A stretch of DNA of 64,000 nucleotides from Auanema rhodensis. Taxonomy: Eukaryota; Animalia; Nematoda. Positions 12,101 through 23,700 of this stretch are shown here, piece by piece. The stretch spans positions 21,700,001 to 21,764,000 of the forward strand of contig OZ059897.1 of the NCBI GenBank assembly GCA_964057225.1. The letters are read 5' to 3'. The notes beneath the pieces were generated by a model. It did not search any database. It worked only from the letters and a program-made list of their open reading frames with translations, and was not told where the DNA came from. Every line of letters starts with the position of its first letter. The first letter of the stretch is position 1. A program made the position numbers and the translations under genes.

Positions 12101-15100
12101 CACTTGGTATGTAACTCGCTTCACGTGAAAGATGAAGAGATGCGGTTTTCAAAATTAGATTCCCCATGTCCATATTAGTTTAAAAACAAATTTTTATTGA
12201 TATTGGTTCATGGTAACCATGACTTTGAAATTTACGTGAACTTTAATTTATGCTAATTAAATGTACACGTGATGTGCACTTGGTATGTAACTCGCTTCAC
12301 GTGAAAGATAAAGAGATGCGGTTTTTAAAATTAGATTCCCCATGTCCATATTAGTCTAAAAACAAATTTTTATTGATATTGGTGCATGGTAACCATGACT
12401 TTGAAATTTACGTGAACTTTAATTTATGCTAATTAAATGTACACGTGATGTGCACTTGGTATGTAACTCGCTTCACGTGAAAGATAAAGAGATGCGGTTT
12501 TCAAAATTATATTCCCCATGTCCATATTAGTCTAAAAACAAATTTTTATTGATATTGGTGCATGGTAACCATGACTTTGAAATTTACGTGAACTTTAATT
12601 TGTGCTAATTAAATGTACACGTGATGTGCACTTGGTATGTAACTCGCTTCACGTGAAAGATAAAGAGATTCGGTTTTCAAAATTAGATTCCCCATGTCCA
12701 TATTAGTCTAAAAACAAATTTTTATTGATATTGGTGCATGGTAACCATGACTTTGAAATTTACGTGAACTTAAATTTATGCTAATTAAATGTACACGTGA
12801 TGTGCACTTGGTATGTAACTCGCTTCACGTGAAAGATAAAGAGATGCGGTTTTCAAAATTAGATTCCCCATGTCCATATTAGTCTAAAAACAAATTTTTA
12901 TCGATATTGGTTCATGGTAACCATGACTTTGAAATTTACGTGAACTTTAATTTATGCTAATTAAATGTACACGTGATGTGCACTTGGTATGTAACTCGCT
13001 TCACGTGAAAGATAAAGAGATGCGGTTTTCAAAATTAGATTCCCCATGTCCATATTAGTCTAAAAACAAATTTTTATCGATATTGGTTCATGGTAACCAT
13101 GACTTTGAAATTTACGTGAACTTTAATTTATGCTAATTAAATGTACACGTGATGTGCACTTGGTATCTAACTCGCTTCACGTGAAAGATAAAGAGATGCG
13201 GTTTTCAAAATTATATTCCCCATGTCCATATTAGTCTAAAAACAAATTTTTATTGATATTGGTGCATGGTAACCATGACTTTGAAATTTACGTGAACTTT
13301 AATTTGTGCTAATTAAATGTACACGTGATGTGCACTTGGTATGTAACTCGCTTCACGTGAAAGATAAAGAGATGCGGTTTTCAAAATTAGATTCCCCATG
13401 TCCATATTAGTCTAAAAACAAATTTTTATTGATATTGGTGCATGGTAACCATGACTTTGAAATTTACGTGAACTTTAATTTATGCTAATTAAATGTACAC
13501 GTGATGTGCACTTGGTATGTAACTCGCTTCACGTAAAAGATAAAGAGATGCGGTTTTCAAAATTAGATTCCCCATGTCCATATTAGTCTAAAAACAAATT
13601 TTTATCGATATTGGTTCATGGTAACCATGACTTTGAAATTTACGTGAACTTTAATTTATGCTAATTAAATGTACACGTGATGTGCACTTGGTATCTAACT
13701 CGCTTCACGTGAAAGATAAAGAGATGCGGTTTTCAAAATTATATTCCCCATGTCCATATTAGTCTAAAAACAAATTTTTATTGATATTGGTGCATGGTAA
13801 CCATGACTTTGAAATTTACGTGAACTTAAATTTATGCTAATTAAATGTACACGTGATGTGCACTTGGTATGTAACTCGCTTCACGTGAAAGATAAAGAGA
13901 TGCGGTTTTCAAAATTAGATTCCCCATGTCCATATTAGTCTAAAAACAAATTTTTATCGATATTGGTTCATGGTAACCATGACTTTGAAATTTACGTGAA
14001 CTTTAATTTATGCTAATTAAATGTACACGTGATGTGCACTTGGTATGTAACTCGCTTCACGTGAAAGATAAAGAGATGCGGTTTTCAAAATTAGATTCCC
14101 CATGTCCATATTAGTCTAAAAACAAATTTTTATCGATATTGGTTCATGGTAACCATGACTTTGAAATTTACGTGAACTTTAATTTATGCTAATTAAATGT
14201 ACACGTGATGTGCACTTGGTATCTAACTCGCTTCACGTGAAAGATAAAGAGATGCGGTTTTCAAAATTATATTCCCCATGTCCATATTAGTCTAAAAACA
14301 AATTTTTATTGATATTGGTGCATGGTAACCATGACTTTGAAATTTACGTGAACTTTAATTTGTGCTAATTAAATGTACACGTGATGTGCACTTGGTATGT
14401 AACTCGCTTCACGTGAAAGATAAAGAGATGCGGTTTTCAAAATTAGATTCCCCATGTCCATATTAGTCTAAAAACAAATTTTTATTGATATTGGTGCATG
14501 GTAACCATGACTTTGAAATTTACGTGAACTTTAATTTATGCTAATTAAATGTACACGTGATGTGCACTTGGTATGTAACTCGCTTCACGTAAAAGATAAA
14601 GAGATGCGGTTTTCAAAATTAGATTCCCCATGTCCATATTAGTCTAAAAACAAATTTTTATCGATATTGGTTCATGGTAACCATGACTTTGAAATTTACG
14701 TGAACTTTAATTTATGCTAATTAAATGTACACGTGATGTGCACTTGGTATCTAACTCGCTTCACGTGAAAGATAAAGAGATGCGGTTTTCAAAATTATAT
14801 TCCCCATGTCCATATTAGTCTAAAAACAAATTTTTATTGATATTGGTGCATGGTAACCATGACTTTGAAATTTACGTGAACTTTAATTTGTGCTAATTAA
14901 ATGTACACGTGATGTGCACTTGGTATGTAACTCGCTTCACGTGAAAGATAAAGAGATGCGGTTTTCAAAATTAGATTCCCCATGTCCATATTAGTCTAAA
15001 AACAAATTTTTATCGATATTGGTTCATGGTAACCATGACTTTGAAATTTACGTGAACTTTAATTTATGCTAATTAAATGTACACGTGATGTGCACTTGGT

Positions 15101-17578
15101 ATGTAACTCGCTTCACGTGAAAGATAAAGAGATGCGGTTTTCAAAATTATATTCCCCATGTCCATATTAGTCTAAAAACAAATTTTTATTGATATTGGTG
15201 CATGGTAACCATGACTTTGAAATTTACGTGAACTTTAATTTATGCTAATTAAATGTACACGTGATGTGCACTTGGTATGTAACTCGCTTCACGTGAAAGA
15301 TAAAGAGATGCGGTTTTCAAAATTAGATTCCCCATGTCCATATTAGTCTAAAAACAAATTTTTATCGATATTGGTTCATGGTAACCATGACTTTGAAATT
15401 TACGTGAACTTTAATTTATGCTAATTAAATGTACACGTGATGTGCACTTGGTATCTAACTCGCTTCACGTGAAAGATAAAGAGATGCGGTTTTCAAAATT
15501 ATATTCCCCATGTCCATATTAGTCTAAAAACAAATTTTTATTGATATTGGTGCATGGTAACCATGACTTTGAAATTTACGTGAACTTTAATTTGTGCTAA
15601 TTAAATGTACACGTGATGTGCACTTGGTATGTAACTCGCTTCACGTGAAAGATAAAGAGATGCGGTTTTCAAAATTAGATTCCCCATGTCCATATTAGTC
15701 TAAAAACAAATTTTTATTGATATTGGTGCATGGTAACCATGACTTTGAAATTTACGTGAACTTTAATTTATGCTAATTAAATGTACACGTGATGTGCACT
15801 TGGTATGTAACTCGCTTCACGTAAAAGATAAAGAGATGCGGTTTTCAAAATTAGATTCCCCATGTCCATATTAGTCTAAAAACAAATTTTTATCGATATT
15901 GGTTCATGGTAACCATGACTTTGAAATTTACGTGAACTTTAATTTATGCTAATTAAATGTACACGTGATGTGCACTTGGTATCTAACTCGCTTCACGTGA
16001 AAGATAAAGAGATGCGGTTTTCAAAATTATATTCCCCATGTCCATATTAGTCTAAAAACAAATTTTTATTGATATTGGTGCATGGTAACCATGACTTTGA
16101 AATTTACGTGAACTTTAATTTATGCTAATTAAATGTACACGTGATGTGCACTTGGTATGTAACTCGCTTCACGTGAAAGATAAAGAGATGCGGTTTTCAA
16201 AATTAGATTCCCCATGTCCATATTAGTCTAAAAACAAATTTTTATCGATATTGGTTCATGGTAACCATGACTTTGAAATTTACGTGAACTTTAATTTATG
16301 CTAATTAAATGTACACGTGATGTGCACTTGGTATCTAACTCGCTTCACGTGAAAGATAAAGAGATGCGGTTTTCAAAATTATATTCCCCATGTCCATATT
16401 AGTCTAAAAACAAATTTTTATTGATATTGGTGCATGGTAACCATGACTTTGAAATTTACGTGAACTTTAATTTGTGCTAATTAAATGTACACGTGATGTG
16501 CACTTGGTATGTAACTCGCTTCACGTGAAAGATAAAGAGATGCGGTTTTCAAAATTAGATTCCCCATGTCCATATTAGTCTAAAAACAAATTTTTATTGA
16601 TATTGGTGCATGGTAACCATGACTTTGAAATTTACGTGAACTTTAATTTATGCTAATTAAATGTACACGTGATGTGCACTTGGTATGTAACTCGCTTCAC
16701 GTAAAAGATAAAGAGATGCGGTTTTCAAAATTAGATTCCCCATGTCCATATTAGTCTAAAAACAAATTTTTATCGATATTGGTTCATGGTAACCATGACT
16801 TTGAAATTTACGTGAACTTTAATTTATGCTAATTAAATGTACACGTGATGTGCACTTGGTATCTAACTCGCTTCACGTGAAAGATAAAGAGATGCGGTTT
16901 TCAAAATTATATTCCCCATGTCCATATTAGTCTAAAAACAAATTTTTATTGATATTGGTGCATGGTAACCATGACTTTGAAATTTACGTGAACTTTAATT
17001 TGTGCTAATTAAATGTACACGTGATGTGCACTTGGTATGTAACTCGCTTCACGTGAAAGATAAAGAGATGCGGTTTTCAAAATTAGATTCCCCATGTCCA
17101 TATTAGTCTAAAAACAAATTTTTATTGATATTGGTGCATGGTAACCATGACTTTGAAATTTACGTGAACTTTAATTTATGCTAATTAAATGTACACGTGA
17201 TGTGCACTTGGTATGTAACTCGCTTCACGTGAAAGATAAAGAGATGCGGTTTTCAAAATTAGATTCCCCATGTCCATATTAGTCTAAAAACAAATTTTTA
17301 TTGATATTGGTTCATGGTAACCATGACTTTGAAATTTACGTGAACTTTAATTTATGCTAATTGAATTTACACGTGATGTGCACTTGGTATGTAACTCGCT
17401 TCACGTGAAAGATAAAAAGATGTGGTTTTCAAAATTAGATTCCCCATGTCCATATTAGTCTAAAAACTAATTTTTATTGATATTGGTTCATGGTAACCAT
17501 GACTTTGAAATTTACGTGAACTTTAATTTATGCTAATTAAATGTACACGTGATGTGCACTTGGTATGTAACTCGCTTC

Positions 17579-17592
17579 ACGTGAAACGTAAA
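17579..17592 (+). other. 7-bp imperfect tandem duplication ACGTGAA/ACGTAAA (makes M100 183 bp)
   Basis: Reads CTTC-ACGTGAA-ACGTAAA-AGATAAAG versus consensus CTTC-ACGTGAA-AGATAAAG. Confidence 0.95.
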
Positions 17593-17695
17593 AGATAAAG
17601 AGATGCGGTTTTCAAAATTAGATTCCCCATGTCCATATTAGTCTAAAAACAAATTTTTATCGATATTGGTTCATGGTAACCATGACTTTGAAATT

Positions 17696-17735
17696 TACGT
17701 GAACTTTAATTTATGTACGTGAACTTTAATTTGTG
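17696..17735 (+). other. 20-bp imperfect tandem duplication TACGTGAACTTTAATTTATG/TACGTGAACTTTAATTTGTG (makes M101 196 bp)
   Basis: Visible on lines 17641-17701; 7+20 = 27 bp accounts exactly for the register shift of all downstream monomers. Confidence 0.95.
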
Positions 17736-20700
17736 CTAATTAAATGTACACGTGATGTGCACTTGGTATGTAACTCGCTTCACGTGAAAGATAAAGAGAT
17801 GCGGTTTTCAAAATTAGATTCCCCATGTCCATATTAGTCTAAAAACAAATTTTTATCGATATTGGTTCATGGTAACCATGACTTTGAAATTTACGTGAAC
17901 TTTAATTTATGCTAATTAAATGTACACGTGATGTGCACTTGGTATGTAACTCGCTTCACGTGAAAGATAAAGAGATGCGGTTTTCAAAATTAGATTCCCC
18001 ATGTCCATATTAGTCTAAAAACAAATTTTTATCGATATTGGTTCATGGTAACCATGACTTTGAAATTTACGTGAACTTTAATTTATGCTAATTAAATGTA
18101 CACGTGATGTGCACTTGGTATCTAACTCGCTTCACGTGAAAGATAAAGAGATGCGGTTTTCAAAATTATATTCCCCATGTCCATATTAGTCTAAAAACAA
18201 ATTTTTATTGATATTGGTGCATGGTAACCATGACTTTGAAATTTACGTGAACTTTAATTTGTGCTAATTAAATGTACACGTGATGTGCACTTGGTATGTA
18301 ACTCGCTTCACGTGAAAGATAAAGAGATGCGGTTTTCAAAATTAGATTCCCCATGTCCATATTAGTCTAAAAACAAATTTTTATTGATATTGGTGCATGG
18401 TAACCATGACTTTGAAATTTACGTGAACTTTAATTTATGCTAATTAAATGTACACGTGATGTGCACTTGGTATGTAACTCGCTTCACGTAAAAGATAAAG
18501 AGATGCGGTTTTCAAAATTAGATTCCCCATGTCCATATTAGTCTAAAAACAAATTTTTATCGATATTGGTTCATGGTAACCATGACTTTGAAATTTACGT
18601 GAACTTTAATTTATGCTAATTAAATGTACACGTGATGTGCACTTGGTATCTAACTCGCTTCACGTGAAAGATAAAGAGATGCGGTTTTCAAAATTATATT
18701 CCCCATGTCCATATTAGTCTAAAAACAAATTTTTATTGATATTGGTGCATGGTAACCATGACTTTGAAATTTACGTGAACTTTAATTTGTGCTAATTAAA
18801 TGTACACGTGATGTGCACTTGGTATGTAACTCGCTTCACGTGAAAGATAAAGAGATGCGGTTTTCAAAATTAGATTCCCCATGTCCATATTAGTCTAAAA
18901 ACAAATTTTTATTGATATTGGTGCATGGTAACCATGACTTTGAAATTTACGTGAACTTTAATTTATGCTAATTAAATGTACACGTGATGTGCACTTGGTA
19001 TGTAACTCGCTTCACGTGAAAGATAAAGAGATGCGGTTTTCAAAATTAGATTCCCCATGTCCATATTAGTCTAAAAACAAATTTTTATTGATATTGGTGC
19101 ATGGTAACCATGACTTTGAAATTTACGTGAACTTTAATTTGTGCTAATTAAATGTACACGTGATGTGCACTTGGTATGTAACTCGCTTCACGTGAAAGAT
19201 AAAGAGATGCGGTTTTCAAAATTAGATTCCCCATGTCCATATTAGTCTAAAAACAAATTTTTATTGATATTGGTGCATGGTAACCATGACTTTGAAATTT
19301 ACGTGAACTTTAATTTATGCTAATTAAATGTACACGTGATGTGCACTTGGTATGTAACTCGCTTCACGTGAAAGATAAAGAGATGCGGTTTTCAAAATTA
19401 GATTCCCCATGTCCATATTAGTCTAAAAACAAATTTTTATTGATATTGGTTCATGGTAACCATGACTTTGAAATTTACGTGAACTTTAATTTATGCTAAT
19501 TGAATTTACACGTGATGTGCACTTGGTATGTAACTCGCTTCACGTGAAAGATAAAAAGATGTGGTTTTCAAAATTAGATTCCCCATGTCCATATTAGTCT
19601 AAAAACTAATTTTTATTGATATTGGTTCATGGTAACCATGACTTTGAAATTTACGTGAACTTTAATTTATGCTAATTAAATGTACACGTGATGTGCACTT
19701 GGTATGTAACTCGCTTCACGTGAAAGATAAAGAGATGCGGTTTTCAAAATTAGATTCCCCATGTCCATATTAGTCTAAAAACAAATTTTTATTGATATTG
19801 GTGCATGGTAACCATGACTTTGAAATTTACGTGAACTTTAATTTATGCTAATTAAATGTACACGTGATGTGCACTTGGTATGTAACTCGCTTCACGTGAA
19901 AGATAAAGAGATGCGGTTTTCAAAATTAGATTAACCATGTCCATATTAGTCTAAAACCAAATTTTTATTGATATTGGTTCATGGTAACCATGACTTTGAA
20001 ATTTACGTGAACTTTAATTTATGCTAATTAAATGTACACGTGATGTGCACTTGGTATGTAACTCGCTTCACGTGAAAGATGAAGAGATGCGGTTTTCAAA
20101 ATTAGATTCCCCATGTCCATATTAGTCTAAAAACAAATTTTTATTGATATTGGTTCATGGTAACCATGACTTTGAAATTTACGTGAACTTTAATTTATGC
20201 TAATTAAATGTACACGTGATGTGCACTTGGTATGTAACTCGCTCCACGTGAAAGATAAAGAGATGCGGTTTTCAAAATTAGATTCCCCATGTCCATATTA
20301 GTCTAAAAACAAATTTTTATTGATATTGGTGCATGGTAACCATGACTTTGAAATTTACGTGAACTTTAATTTATGCTAATTAAATGTACACGTGATGTGC
20401 ACTTGGTATGTAACTCGCTTCACGTGAAAGATAAAGAGATGCGGTTTTCAAAATTAGATTAACCATGTCCATATTAGTCTAAAACCAAATTTTTATTGAT
20501 ATTGGTTCATGGTAACCATGACTTTGAAATTTACGTGAACTTTAATTTATGCTAATTAAATGTACACGTGATGTGCACTTGGTATGTAACTCGCTTCACG
20601 TGAAAGATGAAGAGATGCGGTTTTCAAAATTAGATTCCCCATGTCCATATTAGTCTAAAAACAAATTTTTATTGATATTGGTGCATGGTAACCATGACTT

Positions 20701-23700
20701 TGAAATTTACGTGAACTTAAATTTATGCTAATTAAATGTACACGTGATGTGCACTTGGTATGTAACTCGCTTCACGTGAAAGATAAAGAGATGCGGTTTT
20801 CAAAATTAGATTCCCCATGTCCATATTAGTCTAAAAACAAATTTTTATCGATATTGGTTCATGGTAACCATGACTTTGAAATTTACGTGAACTTTAATTT
20901 ATGCTAATTAAATGTACACGTGATGTGCACTTGGTATGTAACTCGCTTCACGTGAAAGATAAAGAGATGCGGTTTTCAAAATTAGATTCCCCATGTCCAT
21001 ATTAGTCTAAAAACAAATTTTTATCGATATTGGTTCATGGTAACCATGACTTTGAAATTTACGTGAACTTTAATTTATGCTAATTAAATGTACACGTGAT
21101 GTGCACTTGGTATCTAACTCGCTTCACGTGAAAGATAAAGAGATGCGGTTTTCAAAATTATATTCCCCATGTCCATATTAGTCTAAAAACAAATTTTTAT
21201 TGATATTGGTGCATGGTAACCATGACTTTGAAATTTACGTGAACTTTAATTTGTGCTAATTAAATGTACACGTGATGTGCACTTGGTATGTAACTCGCTT
21301 CACGTGAAAGATAAAGAGATGCGGTTTTCAAAATTAGATTCCCCATGTCCATATTAGTCTAAAAACAAATTTTTATTGATATTGGTGCATGGTAACCATG
21401 ACTTTGAAATTTACGTGAACTTTAATTTATGCTAATTAAATGTACACGTGATGTGCACTTGGTATGTAACTCGCTTCACGTAAAAGATAAAGAGATGCGG
21501 TTTTCAAAATTAGATTCCCCATGTCCATATTAGTCTAAAAACAAATTTTTATCGATATTGGTTCATGGTAACCATGACTTTGAAATTTACGTGAACTTTA
21601 ATTTATGCTAATTAAATGTACACGTGATGTGCACTTGGTATCTAACTCGCTTCACGTGAAAGATAAAGAGATGCGGTTTTCAAAATTATATTCCCCATGT
21701 CCATATTAGTCTAAAAACAAATTTTTATTGATATTGGTGCATGGTAACCATGACTTTGAAATTTACGTGAACTTTAATTTGTGCTAATTAAATGTACACG
21801 TGATGTGCACTTGGTATGTAACTCGCTTCACGTGAAAGATAAAGAGATGCGGTTTTCAAAATTAGATTCCCCATGTCCATATTAGTCTAAAAACAAATTT
21901 TTATCGATATTGGTTCATGGTAACCATGACTTTGAAATTTACGTGAACTTTAATTTATGCTAATTAAATGTACACGTGATGTGCACTTGGTATGTAACTC
22001 GCTTCACGTGAAAGATAAAGAGATGCGGTTTTCAAAATTAGATTCCCCATGTCCATATTAGTCTAAAAACAAATTTTTATCGATATTGGTTCATGGTAAC
22101 CATGACTTTGAAATTTACGTGAACTTTAATTTATGCTAATTAAATGTACACGTGATGTGCACTTGGTATCTAACTCGCTTCACGTGAAAGATAAAGAGAT
22201 GCGGTTTTCAAAATTATATTCCCCATGTCCATATTAGTCTAAAAACAAATTTTTATTGATATTGGTGCATGGTAACCATGACTTTGAAATTTACGTGAAC
22301 TTTAATTTGTGCTAATTAAATGTACACGTGATGTGCACTTGGTATGTAACTCGCTTCACGTGAAAGATAAAGAGATGCGGTTTTCAAAATTAGATTCCCC
22401 ATGTCCATATTAGTCTAAAAACAAATTTTTATTGATATTGGTGCATGGTAACCATGACTTTGAAATTTACGTGAACTTTAATTTATGCTAATTAAATGTA
22501 CACGTGATGTGCACTTGGTATGTAACTCGCTTCACGTAAAAGATAAAGAGATGCGGTTTTCAAAATTAGATTCCCCATGTCCATATTAGTCTAAAAACAA
22601 ATTTTTATCGATATTGGTTCATGGTAACCATGACTTTGAAATTTACGTGAACTTTAATTTATGCTAATTAAATGTACACGTGATGTGCACTTGGTATCTA
22701 ACTCGCTTCACGTGAAAGATAAAGAGATGCGGTTTTCAAAATTATATTCCCCATGTCCATATTAGTCTAAAAACAAATTTTTATTGATATTGGTGCATGG
22801 TAACCATGACTTTGAAATTTACGTGAACTTTAATTTGTGCTAATTAAATGTACACGTGATGTGCACTTGGTATGTAACTCGCTTCACGTGAAAGATAAAG
22901 AGATGCGGTTTTCAAAATTAGATTCCCCATGTCCATATTAGTCTAAAAACAAATTTTTATTGATATTGGTGCATGGTAACCATGACTTTGAAATTTACGT
23001 GAACTTTAATTTATGCTAATTAAATGTACACGTGATGTGCACTTGGTATGTAACTCGCTTCACGTGAAAGATAAAGAGATGCGGTTTTCAAAATTAGATT
23101 CCCCATGTCCATATTAGTCTAAAAACAAATTTTTATTGATATTGGTGCATGGTAACCATGACTTTGAAATTTACGTGAACTTTAATTTATGCTAATTAAA
23201 TGTACACGTGATGTGCACTTGGTATGTAACTCGCTTCACGTGAAAGATAAAGAGATGCGGTTTTCAAAATTAGATTAACCATGTCCATATTAGTCTAAAA
23301 CCAAATTTTTATTGATATTGGTTCATGGTAACCATGACTTTGAAATTTACGTGAACTTTAATTTATGCTAATTAAATGTACACGTGATGTGCACTTGGTA
23401 TGTAACTCGCTTCACGTGAAAGATGAAGAGATGCGGTTTTCAAAATTAGATTCCCCATGTCCATATTAGTCTAAAAACAAATTTTTATTGATATTGGTTC
23501 ATGGTAACCATGACTTTGAAATTTACGTGAACTTTAATTTATGCTAATTAAATGTACACGTGATGTGCACTTGGTATGTAACTCGCTCCACGTGAAAGAT
23601 AAAGAGATGCGGTTTTCAAAATTAGATTCCCCATGTCCATATTAGTCTAAAAACAAATTTTTATTGATATTGGTGCATGGTAACCATGACTTTGAAATTT

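Larger units (their letters stand above)
12849..22907 (+). repeat. HOR domain of 3-mer/6-mer units marked by ATCGAT, TATCTAAC, TTATATT, TTTGTG and CGTAAAA
   Basis: The 6-mer (1056 bp) is seen at 13905-14960, 17804-18859, 20796-21851 and 21852-22907; a related 5-mer is repeated at M88-92 and M93-97. Confidence 0.88.
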
